Virus record (IMG/VR): IMGVR_UViG_3300045988_101290
Span: 1-39,284 of that record
DNA: 39,284 nt
Source of the DNA: a virus
Strand: one strand, 5' to 3'
Below are positions 1 through 9,830 of this stretch, piece after piece; position 1 is the stretch's first letter, and every line of letters begins with the position of its first letter. The notes beneath the pieces were generated by a model, which worked only from the letters and a program-made list of their open reading frames with translations, was not told the DNA's origin and made no database searches. A program made the position numbers and the translations under genes.

Positions 1-85
1 AATTCAGACATGGTTTATTGGACGTAAAGGAGTGATGAAAAAATGTTAGCAAATGGCGCAACACTGGCTTACAGAGAAAAAAAAG
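1..85. repeat. terminal overlap identical to 39200..39284 (circular assembly or terminal redundancy; unit 39199 bp)
   Basis: Direct reading: the same 85 bases occur at both ends. They join the end of ORF 38870..39226 to the start of ORF 43..471 without a break. Confidence 0.95.
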
Positions 86-471
86 ATGGTGCAGGATCGG
101 ATGCCACAGAATATACAGACCTTCCTGGACTGAAAGAAATTCCGAGTATTGGAATCAAAAAAGAAAAGGCAGATAACACATGCTTAACAGATCCGCACAA
201 AAAGTACGAAAGCGGAATCGGCGATCTGCCGGAAATGACATATAAGTTCAAATATGACAACACAAAAGCAGATAGTCCATATAGAGTGATGAGAAAAGCA
301 GCGGCAGCAAATACATTGCTGCAGTTTAAGGAAACTCTCAAAGACGGAAGCGTGACAAAATATGATGCAACCGTGGGTGTGACAAGAACAGGCGGCGGTA
401 TAAATGGTGTTATTGAATTCGAACTGGAAATGACAGTAGAGAGTGATCTGGATTACGAAGATCCATCATAA
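43..471 (+). CDS. major tail protein (siphovirus type)
   Basis: 142 aa with AAGGAG RBS. Lies between the neck/tail-completion genes and the G/GT chaperones plus tape measure. Beta-rich with an acidic C-terminus. Confidence 0.6.
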   Translation: MLANGATLAYREKKDGAGSDATEYTDLPGLKEIPSIGIKKEKADNTCLTDPHKKYESGIGDLPEMTYKFKYDNTKADSPYRVMRKAAAANTLLQFKETLKDGSVTKYDATVGVTRTGGGINGVIEFELEMTVESDLDYEDPS

Positions 472-489
472 GAAAAGGAGAATTGAAAT

Positions 490-939
490 ATGGGATTAGG
501 TGGAATTGACGAAGAAGTTGGAAAAGAAGAGATGGAACAGGATAATATTACAAATATTGCCGACAAAAAGCCAAAAAGAAGACCGTTCCATTACTGGGAA
601 GTAAGAGATACAACATATAAGCTGAAGCTCACTACAGCCGCAATTGAACGGCTGGAAAACAAATACCGTACCAATCTTGTAAACATGGTTGGAAACGACG
701 GAATACCGCCGTTATCAGTAATGCTTACGATCACACAGCAGGCAATGGTGACATGGCATCACGGTGTTACGTATCAGGGTGTCAAGAAATTATATGATGC
801 ATGGACAGAAGACGGCGGAAACCAGATGGACTTCTTCACAAAAATCATCATGCCGACCATGGCTGTGTCCGGTTTTTTTACAGAGAAACAGGCAGAGTCG
901 ATGATGGAAAGCCTGCAGGAGATGGACGAGATTGTATAA
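490..939 (+). CDS. tail assembly chaperone (gpG-like)
   Basis: 149 aa with AAGGAG RBS, directly upstream of the tape measure gene. Its 3' part overlaps an ORF in the -1 frame. Confidence 0.75.
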   Translation: MGLGGIDEEVGKEEMEQDNITNIADKKPKRRPFHYWEVRDTTYKLKLTTAAIERLENKYRTNLVNMVGNDGIPPLSVMLTITQQAMVTWHHGVTYQGVKKLYDAWTEDGGNQMDFFTKIIMPTMAVSGFFTEKQAESMMESLQEMDEIV

Positions 940-1292
940 GCTATATAGATGCATTATATGAATGCGCTGCAGAATGTGAGATTCCGGAAGATGTATTCTG
1001 GAATTCTTCTCCTGCGGAAATCACAGAGATGATCAGAAGGTATCAGAAAAAAGAACGAAGATTGTTTAAAGAAAAGGTACGGAGTATATTCCTGCTGGCT
1101 GAAGTAGTCACGAGATATATGACGAGGGATGAAAAAGCCGATGCTCCGCATCCGTGGGAATATTATCCCGATCTATTCAAAGAAGACCAAAAGATCTATG
1201 AAAAAGAAAAAGAAAGGGAAGAATTAGAAGAATACAAGGAAGCCAGAAGAGCATACGCAGCAGAATTCAACAGACGACGGCAGCAGGAGTAA
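490..1292 (+). CDS. tail assembly chaperone G-T fusion made by programmed -1 frameshift at 873..879
   Basis: ORF 801..1292 is in the -1 frame relative to 490..939 and has no RBS of its own. A T7 run provides the slip site. This is the conserved G/GT arrangement of long-tailed phages. Confidence 0.65.
873..879 (+). promoter_or_regulatory. slippery heptamer T TTT TTT for -1 ribosomal frameshift
   Basis: Zero frame reads GGT TTT TTT ACA (G F F T). The -1 frame reads TTT TTT TAC AGA... and continues as YRETGRVDDG... to the stop at 1292. Confidence 0.65.
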
Positions 1293-1335
1293 TCCTGCTG
1301 TTATTTGATTAAAAAAGGAAGGAGGTGGATACGGA

Positions 1336-4300
1336 ATGGATAATGGTGTATTAGAAAAATTAAAAGTAATCATTGAAGGTAATGCGAATCCATATAAGCA
1401 GACCATTGATGAAGCAAAAGCCAAGGCAAAGGAAATGACGGATTCCGTGAATAAAGATATTGCCAGGATTAAGAATCCGATCAAGAAAATGATGGAATCG
1501 AGCCCGGAGCTTCAGAATATGAAAAATCTGATATCCAACAGTCTTAAGGACGGATTGAATGGAAATATTGCCTCTGGAATTGGCAAAGGGATATACGGAA
1601 AAGTGAATGAAGCACAGACAAAGATCCGTGATGCATTGAAAGGATACCAGTTAAATTCGGGAATTAAGGAAAAAACTGATGATTACTTGCAGGTAGAAGA
1701 CGATCTGAAGCGTGCGGAAAAGGCGGTAGATAATCTAAAGGCAAAACAGAGAGATCTGGGAGCTGACGGAGTAAGTAAATTGAGCGATGCATGGCTCCAA
1801 AATGCTGAAGCAATTGAAAAAGCGGAGCGAAGAGTACAAGGCTATAAAAATAAAATGTCACGAATGGAATATGAAGGCCAAGATCTTCAATTCAAAGGTG
1901 GGAAAAGTGCGGCTGGAACAGTAGCATCAAAAGCTTTTTCTGGAATGAAATCCGTACTCGGAACTGTAACCGGCGGGATAAAGAAAACCGGTGGAGCTTA
2001 TGGCGCGTTAATCCAGAAGTTCGCCACAGGAATCCCTCATCTGAATAAGACGAAGAATTCCATGAAAGGCCTCGGGAACACCGGAAGAGGACTCGGGGGA
2101 ATATTCCGATCACTGGCAACTACGGCCAGATTCATGTTCGCAAGCTTCTTAATATCCGGAGCTTTTAATGGCGCAAAGGAAGGAATGCAGAACCTGGCGA
2201 AGTACAGCGGCACGACAAACAACAGTCTGTCGATGCTGATGTCGAGCTTAACACAGCTGAAGAACAGCCTGGCAACAGCATTTGCACCGATACTGAATGT
2301 TGCTGCGCCGATCCTGAATGCACTGATCCAGAAAGTATCACAGGCAGTTACAGCTGTAGGAATGTTGTTCGCATCATTGACGGGGCAGAAGAGCTTCACG
2401 AAGGCATCGAAGGTACAACAGAACTATGCGGCCAGTCTGGACAAAAATACAAGTAGCGCAAAGAAAGCAACTGCAGCGAATAAAACACTGCAGCGAACAT
2501 TACTTGGTTTTGACCAGATTAATCGAATGGACTCAAAGTCGGATAACTCAGACAACTCGCCAGACAGCGGAAGCGTCGGAGGATTATCGCCGAGTGACAT
2601 GTTCGAAGAGGCATCCATTCCAAACAAAATAAAAGAGTTTGCCGACAAGCTGAAAGAAGCCTGGAAATCAGGAGATTTTACAGAAATTGGAAGGATAGTA
2701 GGCGAAAAGCTCAATCAGGCACTGGAAAGTATTCCATGGGATAAGATTCGAAAAACCTCAAGTAAAATTGCAAAAGTGATTGCCACATTCCTAAACGGCT
2801 TCATCGCAGCGGTAGACTGGACTCTTGTAGGAAGTACGATCGGAAACGGCTTAAATACAGCGATAGATTTTGCCTATACATTCGTAACGACATTTGATTG
2901 GAAGAAATTCGGCAAAGCCATTGGAGATCTGATCAATGGTGCTGTAAAGACAATCGAGTGGGCGAAAGCTGGAAAAGCATTATCGGAAGGTATTAAAGGA
3001 CTTCTGGATCTTGCTTTGCAGGCAGTAGCCACAACAGATTGGAAACAGATAGGCGTTAAGATTGCCACATTTTTGAATAATATCGACTGGCGCGGAATCA
3101 TTACAAAGACACTCACGTTGCTGGTGGAAGTTCCGAAGGCCATCTTTGATCTTTTGGCCGGATTCATAGAAGAAACGGACTGGGGAAAGCTTGTTAAAGA
3201 TATTGCCGGAGGAATCAAAGACTTTTTGGTCGGATACGACTGGAAAGGATTATTCAAAAGCGCTGGAGAATTGATAGGTGCCGCTATAAAGGCATTATTT
3301 GATATCGGAGAAGAACTGGCTGAATGCGGGAAAAATATTGTAGCTGGATTTGAAAATGGAATTCTGGACGGACTGAAAAATATCGGAAAATGGATAGTTG
3401 ATAACATCTTCACACCTTTTATCGACGGATTCAAAGAGGCGTTCGGTATTCACAGCCCATCTACAGTCATGGCAGAGCAAGGCGGTTATATCATATTCGG
3501 ACTGCTGAAAGGATTGAAAGATAATCTCGACAGTGTTATTGAATGGTGCAAGAACTTGCCGGATAAAGTGAAAAATGCGCTCGGAAATGCAAAAGAATGG
3601 CTCGTAGAAAAAGGAAAGAATGCGATTGAAGGAATCAAGAACGGATATGAAGCTGTAAAAGATAGCGTATTCTTAAGTAATGTCCGGAAAATGAAAGATG
3701 AAGCGTTCTCTGCTATTGGAGACATATCAGGAAAAGTAAAATCAAGAGGATCAGAATTGATCGCCGGAGTAAAACAGGGCTATGAAAACAGCAAACAAAG
3801 CGGATTGCTTTCGAAAGTGGCCACACTGAAAGAAAATGTATATTCTTCAATCGGTGATGTAAAAACAAAAGTTCATAGTCGCGGAGTTGAAATTGTTTCA
3901 GGAATCAAACAGGGCTATGAAAATAATAAGAGTCAGATCAGAAGCGCGGTATCCGGAATACCAAGCCTGATATCATCTGGAATTGGTAATCTGTGGAATG
4001 TAGGAAAAAATGCAATATCATCATTTGCGAGAGGCTTCAGCTCCGTGCATATTCCAATGCCTCATATTGGATGGAACTGGAATAACTTCAATCTGGGATC
4101 ATTTAGATTTAGCGTTCCGAGCTTTAATCTGCGGTGGTATGCGAACGGTGGCTTCCCAGCAACGGGAGAAATGTTCGTTGCCCGCGAGTCGGGACCTGAG
4201 ATGGTAGGACGAATGGGAAAGAAGAGCGCCGTAGCAAACAACGACCAGATCGTCGATGGTATCAAGGCGGGTGTATTTGAAGCTGTTATGGATGCATTTG

Positions 4301-4452
4301 AGGCAAGCGGTATCCTGGAAAGCGATTCATCGTCGAAACAGGCACCGGTTATAGAACTCACGATTAAAACCGATTCAGAAACATTGTATAAAGTGGTACG
4401 AAGAGGAAAAGAAAAATATAACGGTCGATACATGATCGTAGAAACCATATAG
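1336..4452 (+). CDS. tail tape measure protein
   Basis: 1038 aa with GGAGG RBS. Alpha-helical and Gly/Ala-rich, with periodic DW/W repeats and tandem ~40-aa repeats ([10 protein letters not shown] / [10 protein letters not shown]). Follows the G/GT chaperones. Confidence 0.9.
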   Translation: MDNGVLEKLKVIIEGNANPYKQTIDEAKAKAKEMTDSVNKDIARIKNPIKKMMESSPELQNMKNLISNSLKDGLNGNIASGIGKGIYGKVNEAQTKIRDALKGYQLNSGIKEKTDDYLQVEDDLKRAEKAVDNLKAKQRDLGADGVSKLSDAWLQNAEAIEKAERRVQGYKNKMSRMEYEGQDLQFKGGKSAAGTVASKAFSGMKSVLGTVTGGIKKTGGAYGALIQKFATGIPHLNKTKNSMKGLGNTGRGLGGIFRSLATTARFMFASFLISGAFNGAKEGMQNLAKYSGTTNNSLSMLMSSLTQLKNSLATAFAPILNVAAPILNALIQKVSQAVTAVGMLFASLTGQKSFTKASKVQQNYAASLDKNTSSAKKATAANKTLQRTLLGFDQINRMDSKSDNSDNSPDSGSVGGLSPSDMFEEASIPNKIKEFADKLKEAWKSGDFTEIGRIVGEKLNQALESIPWDKIRKTSSKIAKVIATFLNGFIAAVDWTLVGSTIGNGLNTAIDFAYTFVTTFDWKKFGKAIGDLINGAVKTIEWAKAGKALSEGIKGLLDLALQAVATTDWKQIGVKIATFLNNIDWRGIITKTLTLLVEVPKAIFDLLAGFIEETDWGKLVKDIAGGIKDFLVGYDWKGLFKSAGELIGAAIKALFDIGEELAECGKNIVAGFENGILDGLKNIGKWIVDNIFTPFIDGFKEAFGIHSPSTVMAEQGGYIIFGLLKGLKDNLDSVIEWCKNLPDKVKNALGNAKEWLVEKGKNAIEGIKNGYEAVKDSVFLSNVRKMKDEAFSAIGDISGKVKSRGSELIAGVKQGYENSKQSGLLSKVATLKENVYSSIGDVKTKVHSRGVEIVSGIKQGYENNKSQIRSAVSGIPSLISSGIGNLWNVGKNAISSFARGFSSVHIPMPHIGWNWNNFNLGSFRFSVPSFNLRWYANGGFPATGEMFVARESGPEMVGRMGKKSAVANNDQIVDGIKAGVFEAVMDAFEASGILESDSSSKQAPVIELTIKTDSETLYKVVRRGKEKYNGRYMIVETI

Positions 4453-4464
4453 GAGGCGGAGCTA

Positions 4465-4824
4465 ATGGATGAAATCATAAGAGTAGGAGGAAAAGTATTC
4501 AAAGCTCCGTCTAAATTTAAATGGAAAAAAGGCGACGTAAGCGGATCCGATGCTGGAAGAGATGACGGCATAACGATGCATAAGAATAAAAAAGGCGAAA
4601 AAAGGACTCTTTCATTAGGGTGGACACAGCTGAAAAAGACGGAGATAACAGCAGTTTTACAGGCGTTCGCGCCAGAATATGTAGATGTAACATACTGGGA
4701 TCCACTGATTGGAACGGACGTAACAAAAACATTTTACACGGGTGACATGGAAGCTGAAGTAAAATGGTGGGCGAAAGGAAGAGAACGATACTCTTCAGTT
4801 AGTTTTGATGTCATAGAAAGGTGA
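4465..4824 (+). CDS. small distal tail component (Dit-like position)
   Basis: 119 aa with GGAGG RBS, located between the tape measure and the large tail/Tal gene. Assigned by position only. Confidence 0.4.
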   Translation: MDEIIRVGGKVFKAPSKFKWKKGDVSGSDAGRDDGITMHKNKKGEKRTLSLGWTQLKKTEITAVLQAFAPEYVDVTYWDPLIGTDVTKTFYTGDMEAEVKWWAKGRERYSSVSFDVIER

Positions 4825-4830
4825 TCATAC

Positions 4831-7800
4831 ATGAGAAAATTGTCAAATGCATTCAAAGAACAACAGAATAATGGAGTGGCAAAGTACCTGAAATACATAG
4901 ACATCACCTTGACAGATGGAACGGAGCTGCATCTTACTAATGATGATCTGTGGAATAACGGATTCAAACTGGAAGATGCAGTATCTTCCGGAACGGAATT
5001 CGAAATTGGTTCAGTAATAGTAAACCAGTGCACAATCAACATCAACAACATTGAAAACGAATTTTCAGGCTATGCATTCGAAGGGGCGGAAGTTACATGT
5101 TATGTAGGACTTCGGATATCGCCGTCAGGACTGGAAGAAACGAAGACTATTCCATGGAAAGACATAGATGGAACATCGATACTCGATGTAAATGGAACAG
5201 AAATATTGTTAGAATACGATGACGCTTACATAGAAAAGATCCGAATGTGCACGATGACAGTTGTAGATGCACCGTATCAAAATGACTCTATAATCAACCT
5301 GACGTGCCAGGATGATATGAGAAAATTTGACAAAAACTATAGCTGGAGCAGATTACAGTACCCAGCCACAAGAGCACAGATCATAAGAGATGCATGCGAT
5401 GTATGCGGAGTACAACTGCATACACAGATGTTCGACAACGATGACTATATCATATCTGAGCGGCCGGATGACGAGGGGCTTACATTCCGTCAAGTGTTGG
5501 CTTGGACGGCCCAAATCGGCTGTCAGTGGCTCAGATGCAATGAATACGGCGAGTTATGTGTTGGCTGGTACAACGAGAAAACTGAGGCGGAAGAAATATC
5601 ACAAACCAACGGATACACCATCAATCTTGAAAGCGTAGTGATAACCGGAATAAAGGTTACAGAGTACTTAGAAGCGTCTACGGAAGAAGATAAAGCCGGA
5701 ACCTATATGTATGGAAATGATGGATATGTCTTAGGAATAACCGGCAATAAATTAATACCAAAAGGCGCCGGCGATACAGTAGCTACTATGATTGGCCAAA
5801 AGTGCGTAGGCCTTACATTCCGTCCGTTCCAAGCAAACAGATACACGGATATTGCATATGAAGCGGGCGATCCTGTACTTGTGAGAGATAAAGACGGAAA
5901 ACTGCAAAGAAGTTACCTGACACAGGTGACAACCCAGCCTGGGCGTCTGCAGCAGATAGAATGCAATGCTAAAAGCGCAGAAAGAAACAGCAGCCAACGA
6001 TACAGCGCATCTACACAGGCCATAATAGCCGCAAGAAAAGCCGCAAAGAAGCAAGTTGAACATTATGATCAAAAAGTAGAACAAATTACAAAACTCATCG
6101 GCCAGGGATTCGGCATGTACATTACAGGGGTGAAACAGGACGATGGAAGCACCATCTACTACATGCATGACAAACCAAACCTGAAAGAATCGGGATATAC
6201 TTGCTACTGGACAACCAATGGAATTATCGCATCTCTGGACGGTGGGACTACATGGGCGATTGACCGGAACGGAAATGCTCTGTTCAATACCATTACAGCC
6301 AGAGGAATCAATGCGAACTGGATTAATACTGGAGAATTTAAGGTTACAGATAAAAACGGAAATGAAGTCTTCTACGTAAACTGCGACACGGGTATTGTAA
6401 GGATAAACGCACAAACAATTGCCATAACAGGACAATCGGTTGCGGACATAGCCAAAAAACAATTACAGAATTTTGTCGATGAGGTCTACAACATTGATAT
6501 TGAAAAGCTAAAAGAACAGATCAGCAATAAAATCGAAACGTGGACACAGGAAGACGATCCATCACTGGCATGGGGTAAAATCACGGAGATAGCATGGAGA
6601 GATGTAGACGGGCATCCAATCCTGGATGTGGACGGTAAAGAGATTATCGTAAAGTGTGAAGAAACCAAAGCGGAGCATGAAGGAGATCTTTGGTATAATC
6701 CGGTCACAAAAGAAAAATGGATATACCAATCGGGAAATTGGGTACCGGAGGACATTCCTGACAAAATTTTCAATGAAATAGACGGCAAATCTTCGATTTA
6801 TATCAATACACCGGTACCACCATATAACGAAGGGGACGTATATTTTACCGGATCCACGATACTTGTGTGCAAAACAGCGCGATCTGCAGGAGTATATAAT
6901 GCGGATGACTGGGGCAAAAAAGATGGATATACCGATGACAGTACGGTAAACGATTTCATAAAGAATACATACACTCCAAAGATTAACGATCTGCAAAGCC
7001 AGATAGATGGCAAACTTGAAAATTATTTTAAGGACTATGAACCAACGATGGACAATCTGCCAGCCAGTGAGTGGACAACGGAAGAGGATCGGCAAAAACA
7101 CAATGCAGACACGTTCTACTGGCTTTCTAAAAAAGCGACATACATATTCTGCAAAGTGGATGGAAAATGGCAATGGCTATTAGATAAAGATCCGGATATA
7201 CAGAAAGCGATGGAAGCAGCTGCAGCTGCACAAGATACTGCAGATGGGAAACGGACAACGTTTACCGAAACTCCAAAGCCACCATATGAGAAAGGAGATC
7301 TTTGGGCGCAGGGACCAGACGGAGATATGATGCGCTGTATTAAAGCGAGAGAGAGCGGAAATTATGCGGAATCAGATTGGGAAAAAGCCTCAAAATATAC
7401 AGATCTGACAGAAAAAGACTGCGAACTTATCGTTGACAAAAAGGCGAATGAGATAAGAATGAAGGCTGAAAAAATCATGTGGGAGTCTGACAACAGCAGC
7501 ATGTCTGAAGACGGAACATTGACTTGCATGAATGCCGTAATTAAGGGAGAAATAGAATCCCACAAAGAAATAGATGGCACAGAATTCTCATCTAAATTAG
7601 GCGAAGCGACATATTATTCATATGGATATGAAACAACAGCGGGCGCGTTTTTGGTGGAGAACAAATATAATGATAATGAAAAGGGAATTATCGTAATTTA
7701 TCCAGCTCCGAGAGAAAATATCTCTGCGGGAGCCGATGAATCGGTAAGCGAGATCTATACAAACAGAAATCTACAAATCGTAGCAAGAAAAGGGGAATCT

Positions 7801-8367
7801 GATTACTGGGGAGGCTTGGAAGTATTTGAGGGACACATATCTCTCATCGCTGGTTATAGAAATTCGTCTATGAATCCTATAGAAGTATGGAGTGATGGAA
7901 ACAACGAATATGGACAATTAAGAGGAACATGGAAACTGCCATCACATTTTACGGGGACATTAAGCGACACAACGACATCTGCCGCAAATGTATATATCGG
8001 ACCGACAGGAGATTCAAAACTTAGAAAAGTATCGTCGTCCAGCAAAAGATACAAACATGACATTACGGATATAGACAAAGAACTGAACCCAGATAGTTTA
8101 TACAACCTTCCGGTGAAATCTTATACATACAACACGGATTACATATCTGAAGAAGATACAAATTACAGAAAACGTATGATCGGCTTCATCGCTGAAGATG
8201 TAGATAAAATATATCCTAAAGCTTGCCAATACGATGCGGACGGGAAACCGGAAATGTGGAACAGCCAAATCATGATCCCGGCCATGATGAAACTAATCCA
8301 GGAACAAAACGAAAGAATACAGAAACTCGAAGAAAAAATGGCAGATCTCGAAGATGGAGGAAAATAA
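4831..8367 (+). CDS. tail-associated/tail fibre protein with C-terminal intramolecular chaperone (peptidase S74-like) domain
   Basis: 1178 aa. The N-terminus resembles the phage minor structural/tail endopeptidase N-region. It carries internal duplicated motifs (TPVPPYNEGDVYF.. / TPKPPYEKGDLWA..). The C-terminal ~111 aa (8032..8364), SSSSKRYKHDI...IGFIAEDV...MIPAMMKLIQEQNERIQKLE, is typical of auto-cleaving tail-spike chaperone domains. Confidence 0.8.
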   Translation: MRKLSNAFKEQQNNGVAKYLKYIDITLTDGTELHLTNDDLWNNGFKLEDAVSSGTEFEIGSVIVNQCTININNIENEFSGYAFEGAEVTCYVGLRISPSGLEETKTIPWKDIDGTSILDVNGTEILLEYDDAYIEKIRMCTMTVVDAPYQNDSIINLTCQDDMRKFDKNYSWSRLQYPATRAQIIRDACDVCGVQLHTQMFDNDDYIISERPDDEGLTFRQVLAWTAQIGCQWLRCNEYGELCVGWYNEKTEAEEISQTNGYTINLESVVITGIKVTEYLEASTEEDKAGTYMYGNDGYVLGITGNKLIPKGAGDTVATMIGQKCVGLTFRPFQANRYTDIAYEAGDPVLVRDKDGKLQRSYLTQVTTQPGRLQQIECNAKSAERNSSQRYSASTQAIIAARKAAKKQVEHYDQKVEQITKLIGQGFGMYITGVKQDDGSTIYYMHDKPNLKESGYTCYWTTNGIIASLDGGTTWAIDRNGNALFNTITARGINANWINTGEFKVTDKNGNEVFYVNCDTGIVRINAQTIAITGQSVADIAKKQLQNFVDEVYNIDIEKLKEQISNKIETWTQEDDPSLAWGKITEIAWRDVDGHPILDVDGKEIIVKCEETKAEHEGDLWYNPVTKEKWIYQSGNWVPEDIPDKIFNEIDGKSSIYINTPVPPYNEGDVYFTGSTILVCKTARSAGVYNADDWGKKDGYTDDSTVNDFIKNTYTPKINDLQSQIDGKLENYFKDYEPTMDNLPASEWTTEEDRQKHNADTFYWLSKKATYIFCKVDGKWQWLLDKDPDIQKAMEAAAAAQDTADGKRTTFTETPKPPYEKGDLWAQGPDGDMMRCIKARESGNYAESDWEKASKYTDLTEKDCELIVDKKANEIRMKAEKIMWESDNSSMSEDGTLTCMNAVIKGEIESHKEIDGTEFSSKLGEATYYSYGYETTAGAFLVENKYNDNEKGIIVIYPAPRENISAGADESVSEIYTNRNLQIVARKGESDYWGGLEVFEGHISLIAGYRNSSMNPIEVWSDGNNEYGQLRGTWKLPSHFTGTLSDTTTSAANVYIGPTGDSKLRKVSSSSKRYKHDITDIDKELNPDSLYNLPVKSYTYNTDYISEEDTNYRKRMIGFIAEDVDKIYPKACQYDADGKPEMWNSQIMIPAMMKLIQEQNERIQKLEEKMADLEDGGK

Positions 8368-8368
8368 T

Positions 8369-9118
8369 ATGAGTGATGAAAACATTATTGATGTTGATCA
8401 GAATGAAACAGATACCTGTGAAGAAATTACTGATACGGACACGATATCCGGAGAAGACAAAAGCGAAAACATATCTACAAACGAAGCAGCAGGTACAACG
8501 GAGGATATCGATGCTGATTACAGCATTGATGAAGAGCCGGGAGAATCCAGCGAAAATACCTCTTGTTCGGAAGCAAATGAGGCCACAACCGTAAGCGGAG
8601 CAACGGCAAGCCAAGTTGCAGAAACCGCCGGAAGTAAAAGATGGAATGAGTATACAAGCAGCACAGATCTTGACGATACTGACGAACTTATGATACTGGA
8701 TACGTCTGCGAAAGCCAACAAAAGGACATTACTTTCGAAGCTGGCAGATTATGTATTAGGTAAACTTGCAGACAAAGTGTTTGCGAAATTAGAGACGCAG
8801 AATAAGACAGTTATCGGTGCGCTTAATGAATTAAATAGCAAGCAGTCGAAGACCATCTCGGTATCAAATGTGACCGACATACAAACATTAGTAAACAGTG
8901 CTATGGGAGGCACGAACATTCTGTTTCACTTAGCTGGTGCTGGGTATACCGGGAATGATCTGCCTAAAGATACAAAATATGGATATGGATCCGGAATAAT
9001 TTTTTACCGAAATGCTGGATCGTGTAAAATAGTATTAATTCCGGAAGGATCAAAGCCAGTCTGGAAAATGTCTGATTGGACAAAATGGAGAGATTTCGCA
9101 AATAATATTGTGGATTAA
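8369..9118 (+). CDS. receptor-binding / tail fibre protein: constant N-part (to 8842) plus exchangeable 92-aa tip
   Basis: GGAGGA RBS 7 nt upstream of the ATG at 8369. Contains the fibre-like motif TVIGALNELNSK. The tip shares motifs with the minus-strand cassettes at 11034..12188. Confidence 0.6.
   Translation: MSDENIIDVDQNETDTCEEITDTDTISGEDKSENISTNEAAGTTEDIDADYSIDEEPGESSENTSCSEANEATTVSGATASQVAETAGSKRWNEYTSSTDLDDTDELMILDTSAKANKRTLLSKLADYVLGKLADKVFAKLETQNKTVIGALNELNSKQSKTISVSNVTDIQTLVNSAMGGTNILFHLAGAGYTGNDLPKDTKYGYGSGIIFYRNAGSCKIVLIPEGSKPVWKMSDWTKWRDFANNIVD
8833..8842 (+). repeat. core AAATAGCAAG (AAT AGC AAG = N S K) in the expressed tail-fibre gene; candidate crossover site
   Basis: The same 10-mer occurs four times on the opposite strand (11349, 11632, 11897, 12180). 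TTAAATAGCAAG (12 nt) is shared with two of them. Confidence 0.6.
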
Positions 9119-9130
9119 TTTGTAGACGAT

Positions 9131-9150
9131 TCTTGGTCTTCCCATTTAAT
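9131..9150. repeat. left arm of a perfect 20-bp inverted repeat (TCTTGGTCTTCCCATTTAAT)
   Basis: Exact reverse complement of 10985..11004. Starts 12 nt after the stop of 8369..9118. Confidence 0.9.
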
Positions 9151-9194
9151 ACAGGAAGAAACATGAAAAAGGAGAAAAATATGGAGATTAGAGC

Positions 9195-9219
9195 AAGACC
9201 TTAGCAGGTCTTATTTTTA
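9195..9219 (+). terminator. rho-independent terminator between tail fibre gene and lysis cassette
   Basis: AAGACCT tagc AGGTCTT stem (7 bp) followed by a TATTTTTAT tract. Confidence 0.6.
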
Positions 9220-9246
9220 TACGATGAAAATACGGAAAGGACACAT

Positions 9247-9546
9247 ATGATCAAATTTTTATCAGAAAATTGGGCATTGCTTTCGTTCACAGTATCAGCT
9301 ATCGCATACATATATTATCAGGTGATAGCTATGCGAAAAGGAATACGTGCACTACTAAGAGCGGATCTGATACGGCTCTACAACAAGTATCATGACGATC
9401 ACGGATATTGCCCGTTGTACGTCAAACAGTCATTAGAAGATGAGTATAAGCAGTACCACACACTGAAAGGGAATGGTGTAGGTACGCAAATGTATAATGC
9501 GCTCATGGCATTACCGACAGAACCACAACATGAAAGAGAGGAATAA
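9247..9546 (+). CDS. N-terminally membrane-anchored protein, first gene of lysis cassette
   Basis: 99 aa with one N-terminal TM segment (WALLSFTVSAIAYIYYQVIAM), immediately upstream of the holin. Confidence 0.5.
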   Translation: MIKFLSENWALLSFTVSAIAYIYYQVIAMRKGIRALLRADLIRLYNKYHDDHGYCPLYVKQSLEDEYKQYHTLKGNGVGTQMYNALMALPTEPQHEREE

Positions 9547-9548
9547 TT

Positions 9549-9782
9549 ATGTTTAAAAATTGTGTATTTAAGGTATCGGTAGATACTAAAAAATGGATGA
9601 AGAAAGCAGGAATCAGAGCAACCAAAACTGTAGCACAGACTGCAGTAGCAACGATTGGAACAGCAACGGCACTTGGACAGGTGGATGCAAAGCTTGTAAT
9701 TTCAGCATCAGTGCTGGCCGGAATCCTGTCCTTGCTGACAAGTGTGGCTGGATTACCGGAATGTAACACAGAGGACGAATAA
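9549..9782 (+). CDS. holin
   Basis: 77 aa with the motif IRATKTVAQTAVATIGTA... and two hydrophobic segments. Directly precedes the endolysin. Confidence 0.65.
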   Translation: MFKNCVFKVSVDTKKWMKKAGIRATKTVAQTAVATIGTATALGQVDAKLVISASVLAGILSLLTSVAGLPECNTEDE

Positions 9783-9800
9783 TCGTCATCGTATTATTTA

Positions 9801-9816
9801 TGTGCGACGTCGCACA
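9801..9816. repeat. 16-bp perfect palindrome TGTGCGACGTCGCACA (parS-like site S1)
   Basis: Intergenic, ending at the endolysin RBS. Member of a 5-copy family (20271, 22805, 28144, 31004). Confidence 0.7.
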
Positions 9817-9830
9817 GGAAGGAGATCAAA

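Noticed and set aside
1-85. The terminal 85-bp repeat as att sites or LTR-like ends of an integrated element.
   Set aside because: The repeat lies inside the continuous tail gene cluster and does not border host DNA, so it is consistent with circular assembly overlap.
801-1292. ORF 801..1292 as an independent gene.
   Set aside because: It has no RBS, its first ~45 codons overlap the gpG-like ORF, and it sits in the -1 frame downstream of a T7 slippery run. It is better explained as the T part of the G-T fusion.
5752-6462. Long antisense ORFs inside well-supported plus-strand genes. Examples: 5752..6462 (236 aa), 2874..3434, 4062..4571, 6562..7173, 19230..19778, 19790..20329, 22576..23193 and 30297..30716.
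   Set aside because: They are shadow ORFs with no RBS and low-complexity or Cys/Phe/Ser-rich composition. They are fully embedded opposite genes with recognisable products.
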